Below are positions 8,907-18,627 of a DNA stretch of 64,000 nucleotides, piece by piece. The DNA is taken from assembly GCA_018830005.1 (NCBI GenBank), contig JAHJTE010000001.1, forward strand, positions 577,332 through 641,331. Reading direction: 5' to 3'. Origin of the DNA: Candidatus Omnitrophota bacterium (GTDB lineage: Bacteria; Omnitrophota; Gorgyraeia; JAHJTE01). Position numbers and translations under genes: made by a program. The notes below the pieces were generated by a model, which worked only from the letters and a program-made list of their open reading frames with translations, was not told the origin of the DNA and did not search any database. The stretch's first letter is position 1; every line of letters begins with the position of its first letter.

Positions 8907-10433
8907 ATGGATACGAAAGCGCAAAATAAAGCCCTAAATTTTTCGATTATCGATGGTGCCCTATCCGCAGTTATGGGGTCATTGGCGGGTGGGATTTTCC
9001 TTATGGGTTTTGCCTTAAAGATATTAAAAGCAAAACCCGAGCAAATCGGATTTCTGGCCGCATTGCCCATGTTGGCAAATCTTATTCAAATTTTCGGATC
9101 GTATTTGATTGAAAAAACAGGCAAAAAAAAGATGCTTTGTTTTGTCTGCGTAGTTATGAGTCGTTTGCTATGGATTGCAATCATCATTCTTCCTATGGCA
9201 ATTTTCTCATCCTTTTCCGATTGGCGTGTTTTAGTCTTGGTAATTGTCATTGCCGTATCAAGTCTTTTCGGCTCGCTATCTGGAGTAGCGTGGCTGGCTT
9301 GGATGAGCGATTTGGTCCCTGAAAATATCAGGGGAACATATTTTGGAAAACGCAATATGATTGCTTCGGCATGTGGGACTGTTGTTATTCTCGTAGCTGG
9401 AAAATTCTTATCTCTTTGGGAAACGTGGTTCGGCGATGACAATCCCTACAGCTATATTATCATATTTTCTTTAGGGTTAGCGGTAGGATTGCTCAGTACA
9501 TGGTTCTTGGTTCGTATACCAGAAGTAGAAAGCACAACGCAGACCCCAAAAAGCTCAACAGATTTATCGCTATTCTTGAAACCGTTAAAAAATCATAATT
9601 TTCTCGCGCTTATTATTTATGTTTCATGTTGGATATTCGGAGTTCAGATGGCAGCGCCCTTTTATGGTGTATTCATGATTAACACTTTGAAAATTGATTT
9701 TTCAACCATTACGATTTTTGGAACATTTGCTATGTTAGCGACACTATTTATGATGAAGATATGGGGGCCAATTTCTGACAAATTAGGGAATAAACCAGTG
9801 ATCATCGTTTCTGGCTTAATTTTAGCTGCAATACCATTATTATGGATAGTCGCACTTCCAAAGAATTATTATATGCCAATAATGATAGCGCATTTATTAA
9901 CAGGCGCTTTTATGGCGGGAGTATCCCTTTCACAATTTAACATTCTAATTAAACTTTCTCCTCAAGAAGGCAGATCCGTGTATCTTGCCTTATTTGCGGC
10001 CATTACCGGTATAATCGGCGGGATCGCTCCAATTATCGGTGGATGGCTTTCCAAAATTTTTGAGAACCTTCATTTTACACTGTTTGCTTACGAAATTTCC
10101 AATCTGCATTTGATTTTTTTAATTTCTGCCGCTCTGCAAGCTATGACATTGTTTTTCATTCTAAAAGTTAGCGAGCCGGCAGCTTCGACGCCGATGGCTG
10201 TTATAATGCAGTTAAAGAACGATCTTAATCCACAAACAGGAATTGCCAGTACGACAGATTTTTTTATTATTGAGACGAAGAAAACCGAGAGCCTTCTTAA
10301 AAAGCTGGATCAATTTACAGAAAGAATTGCCGAGAAATCAGAAAATGAGATAGAGAAAGTTATTGAAAAAGGTGAGAAGATAGTAAAAAAACCTTTGAAA
10401 AAGTTAAAAGATTTCTTAAAAAACGATGATTAA
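8907..10433 (+). CDS. MFS transporter with a C-terminal charged extension
   Basis: 508 aa with about 12 TM segments in two 6-TM halves. Coiled/charged tail. Confidence 0.7.
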   Translation: MDTKAQNKALNFSIIDGALSAVMGSLAGGIFLMGFALKILKAKPEQIGFLAALPMLANLIQIFGSYLIEKTGKKKMLCFVCVVMSRLLWIAIIILPMAIFSSFSDWRVLVLVIVIAVSSLFGSLSGVAWLAWMSDLVPENIRGTYFGKRNMIASACGTVVILVAGKFLSLWETWFGDDNPYSYIIIFSLGLAVGLLSTWFLVRIPEVESTTQTPKSSTDLSLFLKPLKNHNFLALIIYVSCWIFGVQMAAPFYGVFMINTLKIDFSTITIFGTFAMLATLFMMKIWGPISDKLGNKPVIIVSGLILAAIPLLWIVALPKNYYMPIMIAHLLTGAFMAGVSLSQFNILIKLSPQEGRSVYLALFAAITGIIGGIAPIIGGWLSKIFENLHFTLFAYEISNLHLIFLISAALQAMTLFFILKVSEPAASTPMAVIMQLKNDLNPQTGIASTTDFFIIETKKTESLLKKLDQFTERIAEKSENEIEKVIEKGEKIVKKPLKKLKDFLKNDD

Positions 10434-10446
10434 GTAGGGGGTAACT

Positions 10447-11277
10447 ATGTCTAAGTTTGGCGGGATATTTCAAGATTTAGTTGTTAAAAAACTAGGGCAG
10501 TTGTACCAGTTTACTACGGAATTCGGTCCTAAAGTCGCACTTGCAATAATTATTTTTCTAATTGGCTGGATATGTGCGGTGCTCCTTAAGAAAATAGTTT
10601 CAAAGCTTCTTAAGGCGTTAGGTCTTGATGTGGTATCCGAGAAGATCGGTCTAAAACATTTCCTCGAAAAAGGCGGAATTCAAAAAAAGCCTTCATCTCT
10701 TATCGGTTTGCTATTTTATTGGATTATTATTTTTAGCGCATTAGTTATGGCGTTTAATAACCTGGAGCTAAATACCGCTTCGCAGCTCATACAACGGGCC
10801 CTTTCTTATATACCTAAGTTTATCGTAGCGTTAATTCTTCTTGTTATGGGTATATTCTTGAGTCAGTTTGTAGGCAAACTTGTAGAAGTAACTTCGCATT
10901 TAGCAAGCATACATTTTTACCGCTTTCTAGGTAAAGCAGCGCGTTATCTTGCTATGGCGCTAGCTATAATGATATGCTTGGAATATCTGGGCGTAGCAAA
11001 GACTTTCATTGCCATTATCTTCGGAGTAGTGCCGTTAATTGTTTCTTTACTTTTTATTATTGGAGGAAGAGAGATTGTTTCAAGTATTTTAGCCGGCAGG
11101 CTTCTTATGAAGGAATATAAACAAGGTGATACAATAGAATTTGATTCAATATCAGGTCAGATAAAAATTATTGATTTTATAGTCACAAAAATAACCGCTA
11201 AAGAAGGAGAAATAATTATTCCTAATTCAGAATTAGCCAATAAAATAATAAAGAGAGTTGAAAGAACGTCTAAGTGA
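10447..11277 (+). CDS. mechanosensitive ion channel (MscS family)
   Basis: N-terminal TM helices plus a C-terminal GDTIEFDSISGQIKIIDFIVTKITAKEGEIIIPNSEL beta-domain typical of MscS. Confidence 0.6.
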   Translation: MSKFGGIFQDLVVKKLGQLYQFTTEFGPKVALAIIIFLIGWICAVLLKKIVSKLLKALGLDVVSEKIGLKHFLEKGGIQKKPSSLIGLLFYWIIIFSALVMAFNNLELNTASQLIQRALSYIPKFIVALILLVMGIFLSQFVGKLVEVTSHLASIHFYRFLGKAARYLAMALAIMICLEYLGVAKTFIAIIFGVVPLIVSLLFIIGGREIVSSILAGRLLMKEYKQGDTIEFDSISGQIKIIDFIVTKITAKEGEIIIPNSELANKIIKRVERTSK

Positions 11278-11567
11278 ATCGATAAATGAACGGGGTGTTG
11301 CACTTATGACACTTTACAATTGAGGATGTTATGAAAAAGATTTTTCTGAAGACTTTCGGATGACCGTATGTATAAGTACCGCGAGATGATATTAGAGTTG
11401 TTGAAAAGATTGCAGGAGGGTGGAGGGTAAATAAAGAGAACTAAAGTTTTCTAACTCTTTGACAATGATTTAATATAAATATATAAGAGCATGGAAGTAT
11501 AACTAGTAATTATAGCAATGATGATGCCTGAAAAGGCATGGTTGCCTATAAAGACAGGGAGGGGAAA

Positions 11568-11789
11568 ATGCGTTTTGTATTTTTTATTATTATTGGTATA
11601 CTTGTCTTTTTATTTTCTGGTATTTTTGGTCAAAAAGCTTATGCGTACTTAGATCCAGGGACGGGAAGCTCCATCTTTCAGCTAATTATAGCTGTCGTAA
11701 TGGGAGGATTATTTGTAATTAAGCTATTCTGGACGAAGATTGCTCTTTTCTTTAAGAATTTATTCTCAAAAAGGAAAAAAAATGAATGA
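11568..11789 (+). CDS. small membrane protein
   Basis: ATG at 11568 after GGGAGGGG. 73 aa, two hydrophobic helices. Confidence 0.35.
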   Translation: MRFVFFIIIGILVFLFSGIFGQKAYAYLDPGTGSSIFQLIIAVVMGGLFVIKLFWTKIALFFKNLFSKRKKNE

Positions 11790-13173
11790 ACTTAAGCCGA
11801 ATGAAAATGTTTCAAGTTCCTTTCGTGATCCAAGTGGATTTCTTTTCTATCGGGACGGATTAATTTATCGACAGATAAATATTTCTTACAAAAGAAATTA
11901 TGACCGCTTGATGAATTCCGGACTTTATAAGGCTCTGACAGATGTTGAGTTATTGATTCCTCATGAAGAAGTTAATGTTGTCAGCTCAGCGCCCGATAAG
12001 GCTTATAAAATAATTAAGCCTGAGCCAATACCATTTATATCATATCCATACGAGTGGTGTTTTTCTCAATTGAAAGACGCAGCTTTGGCCACACTTGAAA
12101 TTCAAAAAAAATCGCTTAATTTTGGAATGTCCTTGAAAGATTGCAATGCCTACAATATACAATTCAGAAAAGGAAAACTAATACTTATCGATACGCTTTC
12201 TTTTGAAGAATACTGTGAGGGACAACCCTGGGTTGCATATAGACAATTTTGTCAACATTTTCTTGCGCCCTTGGCTTTAATGAACTATAGAGATATTCGA
12301 CTAAATCAATTATTGCGAGTTTATATAGATGGTATTCCTTTGGATTTGACGAGTTCTCTTCTTCAATTTCGTACCCGTTTTGTATTTTCCTTGCTTACTC
12401 ACGTTCATTTTCACGCTAAAGCCCAAAAGCATTTTGCTGATAAGACTGTGAATACAACAAGAGGTCAGGTAACACGTTTATCTTTTATGGGGCTTGTTGA
12501 CAGTCTAGAGTCTGCTATTAGAAAATTGAAATGGAAAGCTCAGGGTACCGAATGGAGCGATTACTATGAAGATACTAATTATTCCCCAGAAGGGCTTCAG
12601 CACAAGAGGCAAATTATATCTGATTTTTTAGACAAGGTCAATCCAAAAATTGTCTGGGACCTTGGTACAAATGTTGGGATGTTTAGTCGTATTGCTGCGG
12701 ATAAAAGGATGGAGGTGATCTCTTTTGATATTGATCCTCTTGCTGTTGAGAAAAATTATCTTCAATGTATTGAAAAGGGAGAAACCAGAATTCTTCCACT
12801 GTTATTCGACTTAACAAACCCAAGTCCCGGTATCGGCTGGGATAATAAAGAAAGAATGTCTTTGTTTGAGCGCGGCCCAGCAGATACGGTGTTTGCCTTA
12901 GCGCTGATTCATCATTTAGCAATTTCCAACAATTTACCGTTTAACAAGATTGTTGATTTCTTAAACAAAATTTGTAGTTCACTTATTATCGAATTTGTCC
13001 CTAAGGAGGATTCACAGACACAGCGACTTTTATCAACCAGGAAGGATATTTTTACCAATTATACTCAGCAATTTTTTGAATGTGAGTTTAAAGAAAAATT
13101 TATAATACGGGATTCTGTAACTATAAAAAATTCCAAAAGAATCTTATATCTAATGAAAAGGATCCAAGCATGA
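11782..13173 (+). CDS. SAM-dependent methyltransferase domain protein with an N-terminal domain of unknown function
   Basis: VWDLGTNVGMFS (motif I-like) followed by FDIDP. About 463 aa. ATG at 11782. Confidence 0.5.
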   Translation: MNELKPNENVSSSFRDPSGFLFYRDGLIYRQINISYKRNYDRLMNSGLYKALTDVELLIPHEEVNVVSSAPDKAYKIIKPEPIPFISYPYEWCFSQLKDAALATLEIQKKSLNFGMSLKDCNAYNIQFRKGKLILIDTLSFEEYCEGQPWVAYRQFCQHFLAPLALMNYRDIRLNQLLRVYIDGIPLDLTSSLLQFRTRFVFSLLTHVHFHAKAQKHFADKTVNTTRGQVTRLSFMGLVDSLESAIRKLKWKAQGTEWSDYYEDTNYSPEGLQHKRQIISDFLDKVNPKIVWDLGTNVGMFSRIAADKRMEVISFDIDPLAVEKNYLQCIEKGETRILPLLFDLTNPSPGIGWDNKERMSLFERGPADTVFALALIHHLAISNNLPFNKIVDFLNKICSSLIIEFVPKEDSQTQRLLSTRKDIFTNYTQQFFECEFKEKFIIRDSVTIKNSKRILYLMKRIQA

Positions 13174-14972
13174 ACATAAAGAAACAACCCCCGTTAGATT
13201 TTTTAAAAAAGAACATATTTACCACAGGAGTATTTATAAAAACAATAGTAGCGATAGCTCTTTTGTTTTTTTATGCGTTTGTTTCTTCTCGTTTTTTGCC
13301 TCAAGGAATAAATTATGTTTTTGTAACTAGGTTATATCAGTGGCTCTTGATGTTGATGGCAATGTTATATTTTGTCTTCTTTATATGTTTTTATTGCACT
13401 AGACACGGAAGCTTTAAGTATATAAATTCTGTGGAAGGTTTTTATATCGGAGACTTGTTTTTACTGTTGTTACCAATGATACCGATTGTGCGGTATATCA
13501 TCTTAAATCAGGATAGTTTGTCTACCTTTGACTCCATAATGGTATTTATTATTTTCTTTGCTGTATCTTTTATTTTAACTTTTCTAGTCCCTATAGTGGT
13601 TGGTATAATTGGATCAAGAAAGATTTTGATGATAGTGGGGTTAAGTTTTTCTTATGTACTTTTTAATATGGCTTCACTGGCATCTGATTTTAGCTGGCAT
13701 CTATCGGGAAGTTTAAAAATACAGTTTATCGTATTGGTTGTATTTTTTACTATTTCTTTAGTTATTTATTCATTGAATAGAAAATTCTTAAATATAGTGG
13801 TTGCTGTGCTCTTCGCTGTAAGTACACTAACTGCTCTAATTTCGTTTAGAAGAATTAGAAATGAAATTAAGGGGTTAATCTTTCCCGTTGATAGTCCAAA
13901 AATATATGCTTATACAAAAGGCAAGGAGATGAAAAGGAAGCCGGACTGTTTTCTTTTAACCTTTGATGCTTATGCTGCAAATGAAACTATGCTTAAATAC
14001 GGTATTGATAATAATGCACAAGAAGACTATTTAATACAAAATGGTTTTCACATATACAAAGGAATCTACTCTTTGGCCCCTGGCTCAAAACCATCAATGG
14101 ATTGTGTATTCAATATTCGTAGAACGTCACGCCAATCATGGCTAAGTGCCCTTATGGGCCCTAGATATAGTGATTTTTATGGTGCTGGGTTTTCCGGAAA
14201 TGGTGCAGTTCAAAATATTCTAAAAGAAAATGGCTATGAAACCTTCGGTATTTTTTCCTCTTATTATTTTTTTCGAGAAGTTGGCTCTTTTTATGATCAG
14301 TCGTTTCCAACAAAGGCAGTCGCATTTTATAAACTGTTAGCTAAATCAATTTTCGAAGGAGAGTTTAGATTTGATGTGGAGCTTTCTAAAAAAAATTATT
14401 TTAAGTATTTAGCGAAGAAAAATGAGGTATTGGCATCAACAACTAGTAAGCCTAGATTTTTATACACACATAATGAATTTCCCAATCATTCTCAAAACTC
14501 TGGTCGTTGCTTGGGGAATGAGATAGAGCTTTATAAAGAACGTTTAGTTAAAGCCAATAAAGAAATGAGGGAAGATATAGAGACAATAAAAAAGTATAAC
14601 CCGAATGCAATAATTATCGTTAATGGAGACCACGGGCCTTTTTTGACTAAAAACTGCTTTTTTACCAGTCGAAATAATCAGTATGATAAAAGTGAAATTG
14701 ATCAGCTTGATATACAAGATCGATATGGCGTTCTTTTAGCAATAAAGTGGCCTAAAGATGCAAATATTGATCACGATAAGATCAAAGTATTGCAAGATAT
14801 ATTCCCTTCAGTTTTTGCCTATTTATATGACGATGCCTCTATCTTAAATTCAAGAGTTGAACGATTAACATTTTACGAACTCAGTATAAGCGGTGTTCGT
14901 GTTAGAAACGGTATTATTGTAGATGGAAAAGATGATGGAAAATTACTGTTTGATTCTATGAAGGAAAGGTAA
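13170..14972 (+). CDS. membrane-anchored sulfatase/alkaline-phosphatase superfamily protein (LtaS/EptA-like)
   Basis: N-terminal multi-TM region and a C-terminal domain with IIVNGDHGP and other sulfatase-family motifs. Confidence 0.55.
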   Translation: MNIKKQPPLDFLKKNIFTTGVFIKTIVAIALLFFYAFVSSRFLPQGINYVFVTRLYQWLLMLMAMLYFVFFICFYCTRHGSFKYINSVEGFYIGDLFLLLLPMIPIVRYIILNQDSLSTFDSIMVFIIFFAVSFILTFLVPIVVGIIGSRKILMIVGLSFSYVLFNMASLASDFSWHLSGSLKIQFIVLVVFFTISLVIYSLNRKFLNIVVAVLFAVSTLTALISFRRIRNEIKGLIFPVDSPKIYAYTKGKEMKRKPDCFLLTFDAYAANETMLKYGIDNNAQEDYLIQNGFHIYKGIYSLAPGSKPSMDCVFNIRRTSRQSWLSALMGPRYSDFYGAGFSGNGAVQNILKENGYETFGIFSSYYFFREVGSFYDQSFPTKAVAFYKLLAKSIFEGEFRFDVELSKKNYFKYLAKKNEVLASTTSKPRFLYTHNEFPNHSQNSGRCLGNEIELYKERLVKANKEMREDIETIKKYNPNAIIIVNGDHGPFLTKNCFFTSRNNQYDKSEIDQLDIQDRYGVLLAIKWPKDANIDHDKIKVLQDIFPSVFAYLYDDASILNSRVERLTFYELSISGVRVRNGIIVDGKDDGKLLFDSMKER

Positions 14973-15374
14973 TTTAAAATTTGAGGATGTTAGTTTTCTC
15001 CGGAATGAGTGATGGCTTGCAACGGAATCGCCGGCTAGTTTGGAAAGGAATGCGGTGTTACCTTTAGGGCATCATTTTGGTTAATTTTCCTACAGAAACG
15101 AAGCAAGATTTAGAAGCCGTCAAGTGTTTAGCACAAGAACTTGGGGAATTAACGAATTCCTTTTTTATATACATTATATCTTAATAAAAAACTATACGAT
15201 TTATCCACAATTAATAACAAGAGCGTTAGGTTGTTTTATAGTCTCAAGGAATAGGAAGATTACGGATTTTGAGCCATTTAAAAGCCTATATCAAGACTTT
15301 CGGATGGCCAATGGCCAGTTTATAGTAAGTCGATGATGTCTATCGCTGAGGCACTGGTGGAGTAGCCTCGGCGG

Positions 15375-15447
15375 TGTCATTCCCGCCCCCTGTCATTCCC
15401 GCGTAAGCGGGAATCTATGCAGGGGGTAAACTCCAGCGGGAATCCAG
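15375..15447. repeat. intergenic structured repeat, copy 1 (nested hairpins)
   Basis: GTCATTCCCGCCCCC ... ATTCCCGC-GTAA-GCGGGAAT ... CAGGGGG-TAAACTCCAGCGGGAATCCA. Related copy at 32285-32333. Confidence 0.5.
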
Positions 15448-15454
15448 AAAAGGA

Positions 15455-16225
15455 ATGATTAAAATGAAACAATGGTACGAAGCATTATATGAAAACTACG
15501 CTCACAAATATGATAAAGAATGTTTTGTTCAGGGAACTGTGGGCGAATGTGATTTTATAGAACAGGAGATAAGCCAAGATAAATCCTTAAAGGTCATCGA
15601 TATCGGTTGTGGTACCGGCCGTCACGCGATAGAGCTAACGAAAAGGGGATATAACGTGATCGGTATTGACCTTTCCGAGGATCAGATCAAAAGGGCAAGG
15701 GAGAAGGCCAAAGAGGTCGGGGTGACGATCGACTTCCAAATACAAGACGCGCGCAATCTTCCTTTTGACGGCGAATTTGATCTGGCAATTATGTTGTGCG
15801 AAGGCGGATTTTCTCTTATGGAAACGGACGAGATGAATTTTGAAATCCTCAAGAACGCCACAAAAGCGCTAAAAAATAAAGGCAAGCTCATTTTCACCAC
15901 ATTAAACGGATTGTTCCCGCTGTTTCATTCTGTTAATGACTTCTATAAGTCGGCGCAGAAAGAAGGCCAGTCCCAGTGTAAGGATTGCTCCTTTGATCTG
16001 ATGACTTTCCGTGATCATAACACTGCTGTTTTTGAGGACGATTCCGGCAATAAAAGGGAGCTTAAGTGTAACGAGCGTTATTACGTCCCCAGCGAGATAA
16101 CATGGCTTCTCAAAAGCCTTGGATTTAAGAAAATCGATATCTTTGGCGCGAAACTCGGGGCATTCTCGAGAAACGACAAACTGACCACGGAAGATTTTGA
16201 AATACTCGTTGTCGCGGAAAAATGA
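15455..16225 (+). CDS. class I SAM-dependent methyltransferase
   Basis: VIDIGCGTGRHAIEL motif I. 256 aa. Confidence 0.75.
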   Translation: MIKMKQWYEALYENYAHKYDKECFVQGTVGECDFIEQEISQDKSLKVIDIGCGTGRHAIELTKRGYNVIGIDLSEDQIKRAREKAKEVGVTIDFQIQDARNLPFDGEFDLAIMLCEGGFSLMETDEMNFEILKNATKALKNKGKLIFTTLNGLFPLFHSVNDFYKSAQKEGQSQCKDCSFDLMTFRDHNTAVFEDDSGNKRELKCNERYYVPSEITWLLKSLGFKKIDIFGAKLGAFSRNDKLTTEDFEILVVAEK

Positions 16226-16242
16226 AATAGGAGGTATTTAAT

Positions 16243-16779
16243 ATGATGCCGGTTGGTCCTTTAATGATTGAACACAGGCTTATAGAGCGGATGATACGGG
16301 TAATGCAAGCTAACTTGGAGACTGTCAATAAAGAGGGGAAGGTCGACCCATCCTTTGCTGATACAGCGGTTGATTTTATACGGACATACGCTGACAGGTG
16401 TCATCATGGCAAAGAGGAAGACATATTATTTCGGGACCTCGCAAAGAAAGAGATATCCGATGAACACCAGAGGATTATGCAAGAGCTTATAGAAGAACAC
16501 AGGATGGGCAGGAATAATGTAAAGAAGCTGGTTGAAGCGAAAGAAAAATATGTCCAGGGCAACAAAGACGCCTTAAAAGACATAGTTTCAAATATGGAAA
16601 TACTGGTCAAATTTTACCCTAAGCACATAGAAAAAGAAGATAAGCGCTTTTTTATCCCATGCATGGATTATTTTACCGATGCCGAGAAAGATGCGATGCT
16701 CAACGAAATGTATGAGTTTGATCGGAACATGATTCATGAAAAATATAACAAAGTAGTGGAGAAGCACGAGAAAAAATAG
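16243..16779 (+). CDS. hemerythrin HHE cation-binding domain protein
   Basis: H/E-rich helical pattern (IEHRLIERM...DRCHHGKEEDILF) typical of hemerythrin-like proteins. Confidence 0.7.
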   Translation: MMPVGPLMIEHRLIERMIRVMQANLETVNKEGKVDPSFADTAVDFIRTYADRCHHGKEEDILFRDLAKKEISDEHQRIMQELIEEHRMGRNNVKKLVEAKEKYVQGNKDALKDIVSNMEILVKFYPKHIEKEDKRFFIPCMDYFTDAEKDAMLNEMYEFDRNMIHEKYNKVVEKHEKK

Positions 16780-16790
16780 AGGGCACCCAT

Positions 16791-17096
16791 ATGCAAGTAT
16801 TATCACTTAAAGAAATGGTCGAATATCAGGGCAGATCTATCGTAAGCAAAGAAATAATTAAAAAAGAATCAGGGATAGTTACGTTGTTTGCCTTTGATGA
16901 GGGGCAGGGCTTAAGTGAACATACGGCTCCATTTGACGCTTTGGTCAATGTGCTTGACGGGCAAGCGGAAGTCAAGATATCCGGGGAGCCGTTTATCGTA
17001 AAAGAGGGAGAGCTGATAATTATGCCTGCCAACAAACCGCACTCTATACAAGCAATAGAAAAATTTAAGATGCTATTGGTTTTAATTAAGAAATAA
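16791..17096 (+). CDS. cupin domain protein
   Basis: 101 aa with conserved His/Glu spacing (HTAPFDALVNVLDGQAEV...MPANKPH) of the cupin_2 fold. Confidence 0.55.
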   Translation: MQVLSLKEMVEYQGRSIVSKEIIKKESGIVTLFAFDEGQGLSEHTAPFDALVNVLDGQAEVKISGEPFIVKEGELIIMPANKPHSIQAIEKFKMLLVLIKK

Positions 17097-17109
17097 GGAG
17101 AGTAGAGAA

Positions 17110-17430
17110 ATGAGAATAGGAGTTATTATTTCAAGTAACGATGCCGAAACATGCTGGAACGCAATCCGCTACGCGAATTTTGCTCTAGGCCAGAAGGATG
17201 AGGTAAAAGTGTTTTTCATGGGCAAGGGAGTTGAATATCAAAAGATCAGCACGGAGAAGTTTAATACTGTTGAACAGGCGGAGAAATTTATGCAATCCGG
17301 TGGTAAGATCTACGCTTGTGGTAGTTGCATAAAGTCTAGGGAACAGGAGAGCTCTGGCATGTGTCCGATCTCGACAATGAAAGATATGTACGATATAGTT
17401 AAAGAATCGGACAAAGTAGTAACCTTTTAA
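17110..17430 (+). CDS. DsrE/DsrF-like (YchN family) protein
   Basis: MRIGVIISSNDAETCWNAIRYAN and the CGSC motif resemble DsrE-like sulfur-relay proteins. Confidence 0.5.
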   Translation: MRIGVIISSNDAETCWNAIRYANFALGQKDEVKVFFMGKGVEYQKISTEKFNTVEQAEKFMQSGGKIYACGSCIKSREQESSGMCPISTMKDMYDIVKESDKVVTF

Positions 17431-17444
17431 AGAGAGGTGAATAT

Positions 17445-17804
17445 ATGATAAGCATTTTGCTATATATCTTAATCGGCCTATTCGCGGGAGCTATAAGCGG
17501 CTTAATCGGCATAGGAGGAGGGATTGTCATTGTTCCCGCGCTTATTTATCTTTTTAGGTTTTCTCAGCACGCGGCGCAGGGGACAACTTTAGCGATGTTG
17601 ATTCCGCCTATTGGCATACTGGCAGCTTTAACTTATTATAAACAGGGACATGTCAACCTTCCGGTGGCAGGATTTATATGTTTGGGATTTGTTATCGGCG
17701 GATTCTTAGGCGCAAAATTCGCGGTGGGTTTTTCGGAACCGGTGTTAAGAAAAATATTCGGCGCATGTCTTTTGGTTATTGCGAGTTATATGATTATCAA
17801 ATAA
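17445..17804 (+). CDS. TauE/SafE-family membrane protein, half-length (4 TM)
   Basis: GIGGGIVIVPALIY signature. 119 aa is about one 4-TM repeat of the usual roughly 250 aa protein. Confidence 0.5.
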   Translation: MISILLYILIGLFAGAISGLIGIGGGIVIVPALIYLFRFSQHAAQGTTLAMLIPPIGILAALTYYKQGHVNLPVAGFICLGFVIGGFLGAKFAVGFSEPVLRKIFGACLLVIASYMIIK

Positions 17805-17805
17805 T

Positions 17806-17865
17806 TGAACTGGCGATGGGGTTCGCCGTTAACCGCCTCAACAGGCTGATAACTCCTATTGTAAG
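17806..17865 (+). ncRNA. fluoride riboswitch (crcB RNA motif)
   Basis: CTGGCGATGGGGTTCGCCGTTAACCGCCTCAACAGGCTGATAACTCCTA matches the conserved crcB-motif core (GGCGAUGG..UUCGCC..AACCGCC..GGCUGAUxAxUCCUA). It lies directly upstream of crcB. Confidence 0.8.
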
Positions 17866-17882
17866 AAAGGAGGTATCAGTTT

Positions 17883-18272
17883 ATGTTGAGGGTTTTATAC
17901 ATCGCAATCGGTGGCGCAGTTGGAGCGGTAATGCGCTATTGGCTTTCAGGGGTAACCCAGCGCATATTCAATGGCGGATTCCCCTGGGGCACGTTGAGTG
18001 TTAACTTGGTTGGATCTTTGATTATAGGTTTTTTGTGGGGGATGTTTGAATCAGTCGTTGTTTCTCAGAATGTGAAGATAATGATATTTATCGGTCTTCT
18101 CGGCTCTTTTACGACATTCTCCACGTTTTCACTGGAGAGTTTCCATCTTATTCGCGATGGCGAATACAATCTTTTCCTGATGAATACACTATCAAGCTTT
18201 CTTCTGGGAATAGTTTTGGTATTTGCCGGATATTTTATCAGCCAGTATTTATTTGCTTTGATAAGGAGGTAA
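17883..18272 (+). CDS. crcB: fluoride ion channel CrcB/Fluc
   Basis: YIAIGGAVGAVMRYWLS and GTLSVNLVGSLIIGF motifs. 129 aa, 4 TM. Confidence 0.8.
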   Translation: MLRVLYIAIGGAVGAVMRYWLSGVTQRIFNGGFPWGTLSVNLVGSLIIGFLWGMFESVVVSQNVKIMIFIGLLGSFTTFSTFSLESFHLIRDGEYNLFLMNTLSSFLLGIVLVFAGYFISQYLFALIRR

Positions 18273-18277
18273 TAAAA

Positions 18278-18610
18278 ATGAAGCTCCCGGAAGAAGGAAC
18301 GTTATTGCGTATATTTTTTGGAGAATCTGATAAGCATAATCGAAAACCGCTTTATGAAGTGATTGTGACAAAAGCCCGGGAGTTGGGCCTTGCCGGTGCC
18401 ACTGTTTTCAGGGGGATTATGGGCTTTGGCGCGGATAGCCGTATGCACAGCGCCAAGATATTGAGATTATCGGGCGATCTTCCTGTTGTGGTTGAAATTG
18501 TCGACACGGAGGAAAACATCGGCAAACTCTTGCCTTTTCTTGATGAGGCTGTGCAGGAAGGTTTAATCACCATGGAAAAAGTGAGAGTCATAAAATACCG
18601 GCACAAGTAG
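18278..18610 (+). CDS. DUF190 (PII-like) protein commonly linked to crcB
   Basis: LRIFFGESDKHNRKPLYEVIV...GATVFRGIMGFG pattern of DUF190. Same riboswitch-controlled operon. Confidence 0.6.
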   Translation: MKLPEEGTLLRIFFGESDKHNRKPLYEVIVTKARELGLAGATVFRGIMGFGADSRMHSAKILRLSGDLPVVVEIVDTEENIGKLLPFLDEAVQEGLITMEKVRVIKYRHK

Positions 18611-18627
18611 AGGGATAACGGATTAAA

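Noticed and set aside
9086-9442. Minus-strand ORF of 118 aa, and all other minus-strand ORFs in the track (e.g. 2348-2620, 28783-29217, 36321-36771, 41039-41758, 56572-56841)
   Set aside because: Each lies antisense inside a + strand gene with clear motifs. None has an RBS or recognisable motifs. They are treated as frame shadows.
15124-15336. 70 aa ORF in the gap after the sulfatase-like gene
   Set aside because: It is A/T-rich, has no RBS and a non-protein-like composition. The gap more likely holds regulatory sequence plus the structured repeat at 15375.
17678-18004. 108 aa ORF spanning the TauE 3' end, the intergenic region and the crcB 5' end
   Set aside because: It is in an alternate frame of two good genes and overlies the fluoride riboswitch.
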